Virus record (IMG/VR): IMGVR_UViG_3300037603_000040
Source: an uncultured virus (IMG/VR IMGVR_UViG_3300037603_000040)
Taxonomy: Duplodnaviria > Heunggongvirae > Uroviricota > Caudoviricetes > Schitoviridae
DNA length: 64,000 nucleotides
Reading direction: 5' to 3' (one strand)
This document shows, in pieces, positions 38,901 to 48,688 of this stretch (position 1 is the stretch's first letter; the number at the start of each line of letters is the position of its first letter). Below the pieces are notes generated by a model. That model searched no databases and was not told where the DNA came from. It saw nothing but the letters and a program-made list of their open reading frames with translations. The translations under genes were made by a program, and so were the position numbers.

Positions 38901-41900
38901 TTTTCATGGTCACTGGTTGCCCAGCATCCCGAATGGCACTCACGAGGCGTTTCTGGCGCTTGGGAGAGATACCCTCTTCATCGAGCCAGAGCTTCATCAG
39001 ATCCACTGCCGGACGGAAAGCTCCACCTTTCTGAACCAGCTCCTGAGCCTTGGCGATGGCATCTTCACGCTTCTCCTTCTCGACCTTCACTCCCAGAGAC
39101 TGAGCCACAGCCAACCACAGATCCCCTGTCTGCCTGGAACCAGGATCAGAAATATCCACCGTCGAATTCGTGATCGTTACCAGCTCACGCATGATTTTGT
39201 CACCCTGAGGAGTGACAGGACCGGTCTGCTGAAGACGCCCCACCGAAGAGATACGCCAATCAAAGTAGATCGGCACTTCAGACAGAGGGATACCCTTGGC
39301 ATCGGCATACGCCTGAGCTTCCCGCTGATAGCCACGGAAACCTTCAAGACCCTTCACCAAAGCCCGGTTCTTGCCTTTGATGCTTTCCAGGTCGTTCACG
39401 TTATGTGGAACATTCTCCACATCCACATAGCCCATGGCATCCAGGAAGGCCTTGTCACCAAGGATATCCAGGAGATCCAGCATTCGCATGTTGATCTTGT
39501 AGGGAGCTGCCTGGAGCTTCGCTACAGCCTTGCGTTCTGTTCTGGACAGGGGCGCCATGCTGTTACGGATCAGGTTCGGGCTGATACGCTTCGGGGGAGT
39601 TCCAACAAACCGAGCTTTCTCATGACCTTCTGTGAAGATCTGAGTAAAGACATCCGAAATGTCCCCCAGCTTCACGAGGTAGGATTGATCCTGAGTTCTG
39701 GGGTACGAAGCCGAGTAGGTCAACCGAATGGGGATGTAGGTTTTTGTCCCAATTTGATTTCTCTCGTCTTTAGGGTCGCCAATTCTGATCAGCTTTTCCT
39801 TCTCGAGTGCCTGCAAAGCATTCGAGGCCATGGCTTTAAACATGCCCTGGGTGAGAGACACAGAGATATTGTCGTTCCCCTGTACACCCAAGAGATTCAT
39901 GATCCGACGGGAGATATCGCTAATAGATGCCTGAACCAGTTCACCAGAATTGGCGATTCTGATCATGTCTGGAGTCACGGGGGTTCCACGAGGAAAACCA
40001 AGACGGATATTGATCTGGTCTTCATCCAGAGTAGGTGCGCCCTTGGTCTGAGTATTCATCACCCATTCTAAGGCCGCCATCATGGTAGCCTGCATCACAC
40101 GAGGCTCAAACTCGTAGTTTCCCTGATCGTTCACCGTCAGGAAGTTCAGAGGCATGGCATTCTTGTAGCGCAGCACATCTGTGTTGCCGCTCTCCAGTTT
40201 GGGAAGAAGCTTGCTTTCGATGCTCTGAAGACTTTCCATGAAGTGACCAGCCAGGTTGGGTATGATCTCTTCGATCACATGCACCATGGCTGCCCGTTCT
40301 TCTTTGGTCAGTTCACGCTTGAGTCCGTTGTCTTCACTCACCAAGTTCTGAAGGTTATCCAGGATGTAATCCGTTGGCACCTCATACTGAGGCAGAAGAG
40401 AACCATCCTTGGACGGCCGGAACGAGGACAAGAAGCGGTTCTTCGCTGCCTGGATCAAACGATCCTTCAAACCCTCGAGCCAAGATTTGGTATGGTTCGG
40501 TTTGGTTTTGGTCTGACTTCTGGCTTCGTTTTCTGCTTCAGCATCAACCCGTTCAGGATCTTCCTGGTTCAGAGACTCTCCAGTATCGCTTGGATCAATT
40601 CCTTCGTCTTCCTCCGAGACGCTTTCTTCAGCGGTCTGTTCGCTGCTGCTTTCGCCCACTTTGCTTGCCGGATCTTCTTGGCCTTCTTCGACACTCTCTT
40701 GCTCATCGGCATTTTCCTCTGTGACCGGCTCCAGGACTTGGGTGTTATCCAGTTCTGTGGGTTGCTCATTGGAGACCTTCTCCTCCTCAATCAGGGACTC
40801 TTCAGGAGTTCTGAGGACAGCGTCCTTACGAAGCTTGCGCTCAGGCTGAGAGGCACGACGGGTCTCCTCGGAAGTTCTGGGAGCTGCTACGGTTTGCTTC
40901 GGTTTGATCCCCTGCGCAGCATAGGACTTGGCAGCCGCAATGATGCTCCGATCGAGGCTGGGTGTCTGAAGAGGGCCTTCAGAGAACCCCAGCTCATCGC
41001 CATAGGCTGCTCTCAGCAGGTTGTAGAGCCCAGTCACAGACTGTGCGTCGATCTGAGCTTCTTGAGCCAGTGCAACCGAGTTGGGGTTGCTCAGGTTTGT
41101 GAAAGGCGGATACTGGGTCTGCATGAAACGGCCCAGTCGGCCGTAGGCTTCAAAGGGCATCTTTTTCCCACCGGCCTTCACCGACTTGTTGTAAGCCTCG
41201 ACCTTCTTGTTCTGGGAGATCGCAAACTCTCTCAGATCTTCGAGATCAAAGCTGCCATCTACAGTGGCGCCAGTTCGAGCTGCCTGAGTGATCCTGCGGT
41301 AGTATTCCAGGAGGGAAGGCAGACCGTTGTCTTGGTTGCCATCTACCTCGATCTGATCCCGCACCATGTCTAGTGTGGGCCGGTCCCCGTAGGTGATCTT
41401 GGCCTTCTCTGAACCAGCGGAACGGAAGATCTTGGCTACCTTCTTGGCAGCCTGGAACATGCGCCGATCCCCAGAAGAGTTGCTCTTCTGGTTCATGACC
41501 ACATCGTAGCCTGCGTCTTCGATCGCTGTCGGATTGTGCTGAGCCAAGACACGAGCCATGCTCTTGGCGACTTCAAACTCTTCCGGGGTAGCGTCTTTTT
41601 TGGTAAGAAGTTCCAAAGGCGCCACTTCAGAAGCCGTGGTTCCATCAAGTGCCTGAACCAGGAGCTTGGCCCGAGCAACCGCAGGAGAGCTGTTGGCAAT
41701 CTCGATGCTGTTCTTCAGATCAGCATGGGCCTGACGAGCAGGGTGATCTTCAGGCAAGGATTCCAGGGCCTGGTTCACGACTGTGCTGTCTGCCTTGCTC
41801 AGTTCATCGAGAACATTCAAAGCACCAAAGGCACCCTGGATCGCTACATTCTGATCCTTGGAGTTCACCATGTCCAAAGTGGCATCAATGATTTCGGAAC

Positions 41901-43737
41901 GACGAACCCTACCCCGATCATCGGTCTTATTCACTAGATCCGGCAAGATAGTGGCATAGCTGTCCACTTCTTCCTGGGTCAGGAAGTTGGCTGCATCCAC
42001 GATCTCCCTCACCGTGTCCGCGGTCACAGGCTTATTGCTGATCTCTCTGAGATCGACACGCTGCTTGGGCACCGGGTTGGATGTGGGAGGAGTTGGTGTG
42101 CTTTGGTTCGGTGTGGTCTCAGACCCAGCCACAGCAGTCTCAGGGGACTGAGTGGGTTCAGGAGTGCTCAATGCAGCACTCAGCCTGTCTGCGGACTCTA
42201 CCGCTTTCTGGCTGGCTTCCTGACGTGCGACTTTGCCGACGTTGGACGTTGCCTCCTCTTGAGCAGCAATGCTGTCCTTGCGGGCTTCTACGGCCGCTGT
42301 GGTGCCGTCCGCAATAGCACGACCCGTCTCAGCCAGAGTTCCCAGAGCAGCCCCAGGAGCTTGCAGAGGACCGGCTGTAGCCACACCACCCAGGAAGCCT
42401 GCACCAGCAGCCTCACCGACTCCCTCAGTGATCTGACGATCCAGAGCCACATTGCTGGCGACCTGAGTGTTGGCTTCCTGAAGGGTCTCCTCGATTGCCT
42501 CACTTGCGATGTTCCGGCCAGCACCTACAGCAGAGGAACCAAGGCTACCCTTGACACCGGTGCTCAGGGGATTGGCTGCGAATGGAGCTGCAAGACGCCC
42601 AGCAACTATCGCTCCTGGAATGGACAGAGCACCGGCTTTCCCACCCCGGTTGGTTGCCACCTCGAGCTGAGCATCTTCATGCCCCATCCCATTGGATCTC
42701 AGAGCAGCGTAATCTTCCAGCTTGAAGAGCTCTTCTTCCGACATGGAGAGGATCTCTTGCTGGGTCTGAGTAACCCCTGCCCCGCCTTCGCTGGCGCCCA
42801 GAACCAAGGGAGCTACAGCCAGAGCTTCAGAGTTCATCAGCTCCTGGCCCTCTTTGGTCTTGAGGTATTCCAGGGCCTCTTTCCGGCTACGGCCTTCTTT
42901 GACCAGTTTGGAGACAGCCCTGGTTCTGCTCAGGACTTTGATAGCGGCCGTGGATGGGATCAGCGAACCGACACCCTCTGGAATGAGGGAGCCGGCCATG
43001 ATGGGATCGTCACCGTAATTCTTGACGGTATCCAGGAAAGCCTGACCCATTTTGCGCAACTCAGGCATCAGAGAGTCGGGGTTCTTGGCAGCGTCCAACT
43101 CAAAGGCGTTCTCCCGATCCTGTCGATCGAGTTCTGCTTCCAGAGCATGCTGAGCACGCCGCTGCTGCATCAGCTCAGACTGGTTCCCCTGAGCAAACTC
43201 GTTGAAGTCTTCAAGGCCTTGAGAGAGGGTAGGGGACATGTTTGTCCCAAGAGCGAAATCAGCTCCGGCCAGACCCAGGGCTGCTGCACTACCCACTGTG
43301 TTGACGGCCATGGAACCAACATCAATGGCAGAGTCGGCAATGGTTTCGCCAGTGCTGCGTTCCCGTTCTTTGAGATCCTCGACCCGGCGCATTTCAGTGA
43401 AGAACGCTGCCCGATCATTCGATGTGCCGACACCGTATTTGCTATCCCACTCCGCAGGCCCGAGAGACTGAATGTCCATCATCAGCTCGGTCTTGGCCAG
43501 ATCATTATCCTGGAGAGCTGCGGTGGCAAACACACGCTTCTCTTCCTGAGAGCCGTAGATGGCCTTCTTCTCCTGACTGGTTTCCAGGAGACGTGCCTTC
43601 TTTGCTTCGACTGGGTTCGGTGTGGTTTGGTTTGGTGCGATCCCAACCAAAGGAGTATCCAGGCTGCGACCAGTATCGAGACCCTCGGATCCAGCGAAGT
43701 TGGCAATGTCGAGGAATGAAGGACGATTGGGGTTCAT
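32932..43737 (-). CDS. virion-encapsidated RNA polymerase (N4 gp50-like)
   Basis: About 3600 aa with no Cys seen; SSVGRLQ, motif A EADGVTDGP, motif B RGVVKNPLTVMIYGSG, motif C VFDG. Start placed at the ATG after AGAGGA. Confidence 0.96.
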   Translation of the reverse strand: MNPNRPSFLDIANFAGSEGLDTGRSLDTPLVGIAPNQTTPNPVEAKKARLLETSQEKKAIYGSQEEKRVFATAALQDNDLAKTELMMDIQSLGPAEWDSKYGVGTSNDRAAFFTEMRRVEDLKERERSTGETIADSAIDVGSMAVNTVGSAAALGLAGADFALGTNMSPTLSQGLEDFNEFAQGNQSELMQQRRAQHALEAELDRQDRENAFELDAAKNPDSLMPELRKMGQAFLDTVKNYGDDPIMAGSLIPEGVGSLIPSTAAIKVLSRTRAVSKLVKEGRSRKEALEYLKTKEGQELMNSEALAVAPLVLGASEGGAGVTQTQQEILSMSEEELFKLEDYAALRSNGMGHEDAQLEVATNRGGKAGALSIPGAIVAGRLAAPFAANPLSTGVKGSLGSSAVGAGRNIASEAIEETLQEANTQVASNVALDRQITEGVGEAAGAGFLGGVATAGPLQAPGAALGTLAETGRAIADGTTAAVEARKDSIAAQEEATSNVGKVARQEASQKAVESADRLSAALSTPEPTQSPETAVAGSETTPNQSTPTPPTSNPVPKQRVDLREISNKPVTADTVREIVDAANFLTQEEVDSYATILPDLVNKTDDRGRVRRSEIIDATLDMVNSKDQNVAIQGAFGALNVLDELSKADSTVVNQALESLPEDHPARQAHADLKNSIEIANSSPAVARAKLLVQALDGTTASEVAPLELLTKKDATPEEFEVAKSMARVLAQHNPTAIEDAGYDVVMNQKSNSSGDRRMFQAAKKVAKIFRSAGSEKAKITYGDRPTLDMVRDQIEVDGNQDNGLPSLLEYYRRITQAARTGATVDGSFDLEDLREFAISQNKKVEAYNKSVKAGGKKMPFEAYGRLGRFMQTQYPPFTNLSNPNSVALAQEAQIDAQSVTGLYNLLRAAYGDELGFSEGPLQTPSLDRSIIAAAKSYAAQGIKPKQTVAAPRTSEETRRASQPERKLRKDAVLRTPEESLIEEEKVSNEQPTELDNTQVLEPVTEENADEQESVEEGQEDPASKVGESSSEQTAEESVSEEDEGIDPSDTGESLNQEDPERVDAEAENEARSQTKTKPNHTKSWLEGLKDRLIQAAKNRFLSSFRPSKDGSLLPQYEVPTDYILDNLQNLVSEDNGLKRELTKEERAAMVHVIEEIIPNLAGHFMESLQSIESKLLPKLESGNTDVLRYKNAMPLNFLTVNDQGNYEFEPRVMQATMMAALEWVMNTQTKGAPTLDEDQINIRLGFPRGTPVTPDMIRIANSGELVQASISDISRRIMNLLGVQGNDNISVSLTQGMFKAMASNALQALEKEKLIRIGDPKDERNQIGTKTYIPIRLTYSASYPRTQDQSYLVKLGDISDVFTQIFTEGHEKARFVGTPPKRISPNLIRNSMAPLSRTERKAVAKLQAAPYKINMRMLDLLDILGDKAFLDAMGYVDVENVPHNVNDLESIKGKNRALVKGLEGFRGYQREAQAYADAKGIPLSEVPIYFDWRISSVGRLQQTGPVTPQGDKIMRELVTITNSTVDISDPGSRQTGDLWLAVAQSLGVKVEKEKREDAIAKAQELVQKGGAFRPAVDLMKLWLDEEGISPKRQKRLVSAIRDAGQPVTMKTIHALLTVAQMEQARKLGGEALTQFQTSLALEADGVTDGPINAMVHMFSGTVDEWYLKTLAKGGWFFDGTTRTLNEQRAKDTDDLYHEGARLFDEGLADYLAKLTSPEAREDALRVYRVLHALLDGFSVDTTKGQADPRFASERGVVKNPLTVMIYGSGVSGVAGKISQAVVDEIYRTLSEIVQSGKPWNEHKVFLENPSLAADLDALMNRRFDPKLGIAEYSKGQNLERKLLKNPAKGGININSFKNLVSNIEAHFAEQMFEALDEATGGVTSNMKLAQQASQIQGAIFTDIFNKLLKERRQELTEKGELEGKVGSDGDITPVQLLSEAQMRQVFEEASRVAPIYETDAHEFHITASEGFDSGKMVSESFDGQLAGASVEPSPSDASVKVSPYMTIGTGDGRMILNIYVQYDGTMTASLPVFDGVEVRVDQIREASEHINEQVFNGWMQDNAFQAIADGYRQMLNNLDMSSLSKETMEKLNKILRPKRGEKIDERTIRGIWSQIQDIADHTQARKTAMASVPSYVDHMAGAGASFHNNVDGGVIDTLSVIDDETDIPTLEEVAAEIEKRTQIELKKIKDARAGKKSRPVSQKSSKRSEAISKLVGEPVPGFEGVYSVPGNALLHYVLEDNGASAEQQETMRLFTLGGNVRGLDGVTTFVGSAEELNRLKREQYPHFGNDVIEEGQAFAGSRVLFLTNTSPETVLHESLHAATQTAITDYYRDPEGVTKPVREAVQRLEALVEEFLKLNPDNQRANVAENMRALQAKLTGNTLSQEQKLGEFLAYSLSNQNLIELGQNVRVRNSLARIIEDAIKALAQMLGLRSDQGKTLFENVRFNAEILGAVSQHRRAAQQAVETDQVMNQLYPGNERLQRIEQRFLDRLNAYLESSRPKDPSTRGEFDKELDVRRKMARQSSESAIANGYALNRREALAFEAVHLAMMSGMKLDPAMLRQSAQMYRHVISKLSVDDFLEADGVIGTPTKAQKDMAQKKLDFLTGQQGLRKTANGNTDLMASFLALAQVDDSLRQILENMPAPKTIDVKHDSVDGFLRSLANTIVELLTRMSVTRAVQKSNVTAELDRLADGLSEIQGDRSFIATAEILSRPGNMANEYLANVVESTSKKTVLFLNERFKRTKNRHLKTGMTAAKFVASLGSKEMSEVTGSTITKMANDMPNGFALRSVISDIRGATASNRSLLRLINKVRALIDAVRQDYRENIPEELANLFSTKLDKETWSQMFTGLGRTDIMAFSRAEVLKMLKDNTQVKKEIQAQEEKVRALGGKFSPLYLEKSKALATFMMERKNSSNNLLLNAHSIAHLYNEKSRPKDPDVTADLIEAIDKLTSLYAFQKVDGQTLARLKELVETEDEGMRSVIGTLQAARSLETSRKAQNGTDSAVAVVNGLKGYIPSLVAPGSSVIVADDMERGYLERIGYVRIGNYVGDARDGFKGKRGYYQSSVSGRNAFRQGVAQTVHETYNGVDSRTGRLKIEEAGEMVTGQRAFQIARSISNNGSKNTLPPGEYMIPLLSGSGNVVGYQQLLDPDQMTGLQRDTHLGRMLGVWLGRIEEENLAHDANKDLIKTLKEIYDNHDDVKDGDRETVFINVADKNITDPVIKDAWGTLVWRIKEDATEIFGKEGFLPIRKDMLDDAIGYRAAGVTDAWTGVTRFSPQNQERIKDFATFVLGKSAFKMLKQAEEFVGETVSYAKTTIVVRGIVVAWDNILSNVLHLSIVGMNPLAIAKGMREKFVEITQFVKNKEEIQKLQVAFTGAFGQPEKQAKIKAQIQVLKDANARMSIAPLIEAGEFSTISENLTEADVAIREGKWGDYLEKATEKLPGWGQTAAKNILITKDTALFQGLNRMIQYGDFVAKAVLYDHLVQKKKMSNREALDVILEEFVQYNRLPGRTRDALESNGLLWFFNYKLRIMKIAVKTLRERPAHGLFFMGGFGPSTGIDTVASGSLLGTMWDGSASYALGPQMGWNSPSLHPVVALTN
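40487..40512 (-). repeat. pentamer array inside vRNAP
   Basis: TTGGT ATGGT TCGGT TTGGT on +, encoding TKTKPNHTK. Confidence 0.6.
42093..42117 (-). repeat. pentamer array inside vRNAP
   Basis: TTGGT GTGCT TTGGT TCGGT GTGGT. Confidence 0.65.
43612..43641 (-). repeat. pentamer array inside vRNAP
   Basis: TGGGT TCGGT GTGGT TTGGT TTGGT GCGAT. Confidence 0.7.
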
Positions 43738-43833
43738 AGCGACTGGATCCTCTTGAATGAGAAATGGCAGGAAGTGTTCTAACTTCCTGCCATTATCAAG
43801 CAACCTGGACTCTTCGTCTATAGGATAGAGCGT

Positions 43834-45708
43834 TTATCTCGCTCTTTCGATCAGACTGAGCAATTGCGCCTCAAGCAGCTTTTTCGCTTCGGCACTCAAG
43901 GGATTACCGGAACCCGGTGCTCTGCTGGTTTTCAAAGCCTGAAGCATGATCTCAGCTTGCAGGCTTACTTCCGGTGGAAGAGACCCAGATGCAATGATCT
44001 CCTCAGTCTGAGCTAGTGTAACCGGAGTGTTTTGACGCGAAGGGGTAGGGGCAGCGTTTTCACGTGAAGCTTGCTCCATCATCCGACTAAAAGCACTGAA
44101 ATCAGTGTTTCCAGGCAGCACACCATCTCTACTCAAGTTTCTGGCAGTCTCACCTGCTCTATCAGCAGACTCAAAAAGGCGAGCTCCAGACTCAGGTGAG
44201 AAAGCACTGACAATACCCCCGAGGACATTGGTAGCGCCCTGACCCGTTCTAGGAATAAGGCTCAGTCCAGGGCCAACGACATTGTCATCCAGCGTCTGCA
44301 AAATGTTCGAAAACCCCTGCCTCATACCAGAAACTGTAGGAGACAGTGCTTGATTGATGCTCTCGGCAGTTTCTCTGTTGGTCGTAGACGCAGGTTCCGC
44401 AACCAAGTTACCGCCGCCCTGGGCAGCATCAATTGCACCGGCCGCCCGAGACAGCAACGTATTTACATCCACGGGTGGGGTAGGTGTTCCACCAGACCCG
44501 CCCCCTCTTGTGCCAGAACCAGATCCCAAAAGAGCACCGAGTTGTGTCTGGACTTCCAGGATCTTGGCTTCATCCTTGCGGGTAATTGCCTTGCCAAGGG
44601 TTGTTGTCAGATCAGCGATCTTCTTACGCTTCGCATTCAGGTTTTCACGACCGGCTCGAACATCGTTCTCGATGATCCTCAGACCGTTACGACGGTCAGG
44701 ATCGTTGAGGATATCCAGGCGCTCCTTGGCTTTTTTCACAGCAGTTTCAAGCTGATCACCGGTGAAGAACCAGCCATCATCCTGGAATGTGTCTGCCATG
44801 ACAGAGGCCACCACTTCTGGAGGCAAGTCCGAATAGGTGCTCTTGAGGTCGTTATAGACCTTGGTTGTGGAGCCACTGGTTTCGTTGAAACGCTTCTGCT
44901 TCTCCTCACCATCGACATTGTCGATCGAGTCATTCATCCGATCCAGAAGACCATCCAGAGGGTTGGTATAGGTCTCAAATTCGCTGATGGCAGAGTTCAG
45001 CAACCGAGCATCCTCGTTGGCACCCCAGGCCAGATTGATCTTCTGCTCTTCAGCAAGGATGTCATTTTCCAGGGTCCGGAGCGTTTCGGTGGTCGCAGGA
45101 TCAAACGACACATTCGGGTCGATATAGTTGATATCCGCAGACCGACCCACAAGAGCACCTTTGATCGCATCCTCGAGCTTACGATCCCCTTTGGCCAGCT
45201 CTTCAGCACGACGCATTGCCTCGTCGTCTGTGTAGATCCCCTTGTTGTTGCTGATCTGGAATGCCAGATCCGCTGCTTTCTCACCACGAAGACGGTCTTC
45301 CTCAGTCCGGTTGAACTGGGTATCGAACCGTTGGTCTTTCAACTGTGTCCGACCTTGGTTGTAAACGTCCTGACCAAAGTTGAAGTCAGTCTGCCGATCA
45401 CTTTCCAGGGAGTCTCTGCGACCGGTCAGGAAGTTCATCAAGGAAGCGTTGGCTCGGCCTTCACCGATGCCCAGACCCTGCAATCCAGAGCCAGCCATGA
45501 GCTTGTCGAAGGCCCCAACATCCTGGATCTTCATGGCATTACCGATAGCGGCCAGATTTTCATCCGTCCGGTTCCGATCGTCGATGCCAGTGAGCGTGTT
45601 CCCAATCGTGCTGGCTGCTCTGTCAAAGAGCTCAGCGGCCGTTGCTTGAGCTCTGAGAGCTCCGTTGGTATCTGGGGCAGCCACATTCTGCCATGTAATA
45701 CGTGCCAT
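43834..45708 (-). CDS. virion/ejection protein (N4 gp51-like)
   Basis: MARITWQNVAAP start; immediately upstream of vRNAP. Confidence 0.8.
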   Translation of the reverse strand: MARITWQNVAAPDTNGALRAQATAAELFDRAASTIGNTLTGIDDRNRTDENLAAIGNAMKIQDVGAFDKLMAGSGLQGLGIGEGRANASLMNFLTGRRDSLESDRQTDFNFGQDVYNQGRTQLKDQRFDTQFNRTEEDRLRGEKAADLAFQISNNKGIYTDDEAMRRAEELAKGDRKLEDAIKGALVGRSADINYIDPNVSFDPATTETLRTLENDILAEEQKINLAWGANEDARLLNSAISEFETYTNPLDGLLDRMNDSIDNVDGEEKQKRFNETSGSTTKVYNDLKSTYSDLPPEVVASVMADTFQDDGWFFTGDQLETAVKKAKERLDILNDPDRRNGLRIIENDVRAGRENLNAKRKKIADLTTTLGKAITRKDEAKILEVQTQLGALLGSGSGTRGGGSGGTPTPPVDVNTLLSRAAGAIDAAQGGGNLVAEPASTTNRETAESINQALSPTVSGMRQGFSNILQTLDDNVVGPGLSLIPRTGQGATNVLGGIVSAFSPESGARLFESADRAGETARNLSRDGVLPGNTDFSAFSRMMEQASRENAAPTPSRQNTPVTLAQTEEIIASGSLPPEVSLQAEIMLQALKTSRAPGSGNPLSAEAKKLLEAQLLSLIERAR

Positions 45709-45719
45709 CTGATTACCTC

Positions 45720-46292
45720 TTAGAGCTTGTTCTGTTCGATCTTGGCAGTGGCTTCAGACTGGCTCCGTCCATTCTGGGCATACCGAGCACGCATCCGGTC
45801 CTCGAGCGCGAGATTGTAGGACGAGATCTGGTTCGACAGGTTGGTGTCATAGGCCTGTTTCTCGAAATCCAGGCTCTTCTTGGCCAGCTTGTTGGCTTGC
45901 ATCCCCATCCAGAGATTACCGAAGCCCCCAATGATCTTGGAAAGCTCGCCTAGATCTCCGATACCGAAACCATCCTTGCCGAAGAAGTCACCAAAGAGTC
46001 CTCCTTTTTCGAGAGGGTTCCCGTTGGAATCCACATTCAATGCGCTATTCACTTCCCCGAAAACACTCTTGGGGACTGTGATTCCAGATGGGGTCGATGA
46101 CGCAAAGTCCCCCGCCGTAGTGGGAATACCGGACGCAGGTCTATTACCTGTGGGAACACTGAAAGATCCTGGAGCAGCAGGTCCAGACGAGAATTGGCGA
46201 ATGGTGTCACCAAACCCCAAAGGCTGAGCTGGAGCAATATTTACAGGTGCGGGTCCAGCATTGGCACCAAAGCGCAAGAGGGGGTTATTCAT
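45720..46292 (-). CDS. virion/ejection protein (N4 gp52-like)
   Basis: Gly-rich segment followed by NQ..SYN.ALEDR.RAR. Confidence 0.8.
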   Translation of the reverse strand: MNNPLLRFGANAGPAPVNIAPAQPLGFGDTIRQFSSGPAAPGSFSVPTGNRPASGIPTTAGDFASSTPSGITVPKSVFGEVNSALNVDSNGNPLEKGGLFGDFFGKDGFGIGDLGELSKIIGGFGNLWMGMQANKLAKKSLDFEKQAYDTNLSNQISSYNLALEDRMRARYAQNGRSQSEATAKIEQNKL

Positions 46293-46336
46293 GGATTACC
46301 TCCGAGACAGGAGTCTGGTTTCTGTGAATGGGGGGA

Positions 46337-48676
46337 TCAAGTGCCACTTGGAAGCTCCAGGGAGATGTCAGCGAAGTTCTCAATCATGGCATGGGTCAAT
46401 CTTGCGATATCGCTGCCTGTGAGAAGTGTCCTGGTTAGAAACGCTTCGCTGGACTCCCCGTAGTATTCTGCGGCGTCTGTAAACATCATAGGGTCAATCA
46501 GGCCATTAGTCATGCCCAAAACTTCATCACGGAGCTCATCAATCTTTTCGAGCTCCTCTTCATAATTTTCCCTGGTTTTCTCGATCTCGTCATAGATCTC
46601 TACGGTGTCCATAGCGACCCACCGGCTATAGGCATTTGAGACTGAGTTGGTCAGCTTGATGATGTTCTCCACACGCATCAGGCTGCCCCAGTTGACATTG
46701 AAGTTGCCAGTCTTGGCAAAGTGCCCTGCGTAGGTCAGAGCCACGAAAGAAGCCAAGGCTCCCAGGATCTCTCCAAACTTACCTCCGATCAGCTCTCTGG
46801 CTCCGATCTGAATGAGCTGAGAGACCACGATGGCAGCCAGATAGTTCGCCACAGCCCCCACAATCGCCGCTGAGGCTGCTGAAGCACCCACTGCGGCTCC
46901 TACTGCCACATTGGCTCCAAGGATGCCTGCACCCGTTGCCAGAGAGCCACCGAGCGAAAATGGAACCAAGGCAATAGAGGCAGCAATAATGATGAATCTG
47001 AAGAAGCCCGAGGCATACCACGGGATCTCAATCTCCTCATAGGAGTTGAACAGGATATAACTCGACACCGTGCTAAGCTGAGTGGTCTTCACCATGCCCA
47101 TCTCTTTGAGCGTAGGGTAGTGCAAAGGGATGATGAACCCTGACTCCTCACCGTCGATCAGTGCTTGAACTGCCTGGTTTGAGGAGGTTCTGACCATATG
47201 GTTTCGGTAGACGTTGTTGATATGGGTCAGTCCCACGATCTCCAACTGCCGATACCGAAACTCGTCATACTGGTGAACCAGGTAGATCCTCTCGTGGGTT
47301 CTGTCTCTCCAAAGGCTACGCTCCTCGGTGTGAACCAGAACACGATAGGAGATTGGGTCTCCTGCTCTAAGCCAGTATTCTCCGACCTTGAGCTTGCCCC
47401 TGGTTAGATCCCCATCCCATGTCTTGCCGTTGCCCAGCTTCAACTGCTCAGTAATGTAGATCCATTCCAGGCGGATATCGAAGTCTGGAAGCAGATCGCT
47501 CTTGATCTGGAAGCTACTGTTGACTGGCGCCACAGGCACAAATGTAGGAACAGGAGGAGGCTCCTGACCATAGAGGGGATGAGCCCCATAGACGTAGTTG
47601 GGGTTCAGGTTCGGGTCGTTCTCATAGGTATGAGCCAATATATGCCTGCGGCCCCTCTCCTGATCTGCCTGAGCCTGGATCTGGTTTGCCACATAAGCAG
47701 CCATGGTCTCGGGTGTCGTGAGCTGAGCATCCTTCATGAGCTGGAAGAACTTGTAGAGATACTGCTGACCGATCTGCTCTTCGGTGCTGAGGTTCACACC
47801 CTGAACCATGAACGCATAGTCGATGTCGTCGATCTGTTCGTTCTCTTCGATCTGATCCAGGAGCTCATCAATACGCTTGCCAGTCAGCTTTCTGAAAGCC
47901 TTCTTGGCAGCCGCATAGGTATCCTCGAAGCCCACATCACGGATGGACTCGTTGTTGATCCGAAGAGGGATCGGAGGGAAGAACTCTCCGACATTGACCT
48001 CGGTGCTTGTCCACAGATTATCGAAGACGACGTTCCCTGAGCCAATGCGATAGGTAAACATCTGAGGAGCACTATTGGTCACAGCCAAGCTCACCGGATC
48101 ATGCGTGTGGATCTCATAGCCCACATAGAGCAGCTTCCTGGATTGGTCTTCCAAACCCCAGAGAAGATCTGCCGGGGGATCCAGGAGAATGGGCGCCTCG
48201 GTTGCTGTGACGATGCGAATCTTCTGAGCCGTGAAGTCCACATCAGAATACCAGGCAGTCTCTGCCAGATCCGGTCTGTTCTGGTAGATCCACTCCTCAG
48301 CCCAGTAGGACACCTCGGCTGTGTCCACCTCGGCCGAAATCAGGTTGATCCACTGGTTTGAGGAAAGCCCCAAAATGGGGAGCAATCCCGATACGACGAC
48401 GTCTCTGTCTACTGGAACCGGAGCCCCAATATTGGCTGTCGGCATACCCAGTGCGTAGTTGGTCTGAGCCCACTGGAAAAACTTCCTCTGGGCCATACCA
48501 AAGCCGTTGATCACCGATTTGCTGATCCGCTCACCCAGACCTACTTTCTTGTCTGGATCCAGAACATACCGGAGGAGAACCCCCGGCATGAACTTGGCAC
48601 GTGTCTTCTCATCGCCTGCCAGATTGTAGACAGTCGAGCTGGCTACAATGCGCTTCTCGGCAGAAAAGAGACCCAT
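46337..48676 (-). CDS. structural protein (N4 gp53-like)
   Basis: MGLFS..V.SS.VYNLAGD, FFP.IPLR, DIDYA, hydrophobic C-terminal third. Confidence 0.85.
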   Translation of the reverse strand: MGLFSAEKRIVASSTVYNLAGDEKTRAKFMPGVLLRYVLDPDKKVGLGERISKSVINGFGMAQRKFFQWAQTNYALGMPTANIGAPVPVDRDVVVSGLLPILGLSSNQWINLISAEVDTAEVSYWAEEWIYQNRPDLAETAWYSDVDFTAQKIRIVTATEAPILLDPPADLLWGLEDQSRKLLYVGYEIHTHDPVSLAVTNSAPQMFTYRIGSGNVVFDNLWTSTEVNVGEFFPPIPLRINNESIRDVGFEDTYAAAKKAFRKLTGKRIDELLDQIEENEQIDDIDYAFMVQGVNLSTEEQIGQQYLYKFFQLMKDAQLTTPETMAAYVANQIQAQADQERGRRHILAHTYENDPNLNPNYVYGAHPLYGQEPPPVPTFVPVAPVNSSFQIKSDLLPDFDIRLEWIYITEQLKLGNGKTWDGDLTRGKLKVGEYWLRAGDPISYRVLVHTEERSLWRDRTHERIYLVHQYDEFRYRQLEIVGLTHINNVYRNHMVRTSSNQAVQALIDGEESGFIIPLHYPTLKEMGMVKTTQLSTVSSYILFNSYEEIEIPWYASGFFRFIIIAASIALVPFSLGGSLATGAGILGANVAVGAAVGASAASAAIVGAVANYLAAIVVSQLIQIGARELIGGKFGEILGALASFVALTYAGHFAKTGNFNVNWGSLMRVENIIKLTNSVSNAYSRWVAMDTVEIYDEIEKTRENYEEELEKIDELRDEVLGMTNGLIDPMMFTDAAEYYGESSEAFLTRTLLTGSDIARLTHAMIENFADISLELPSGT

Positions 48677-48688
48677 GTTGCTGTGCCT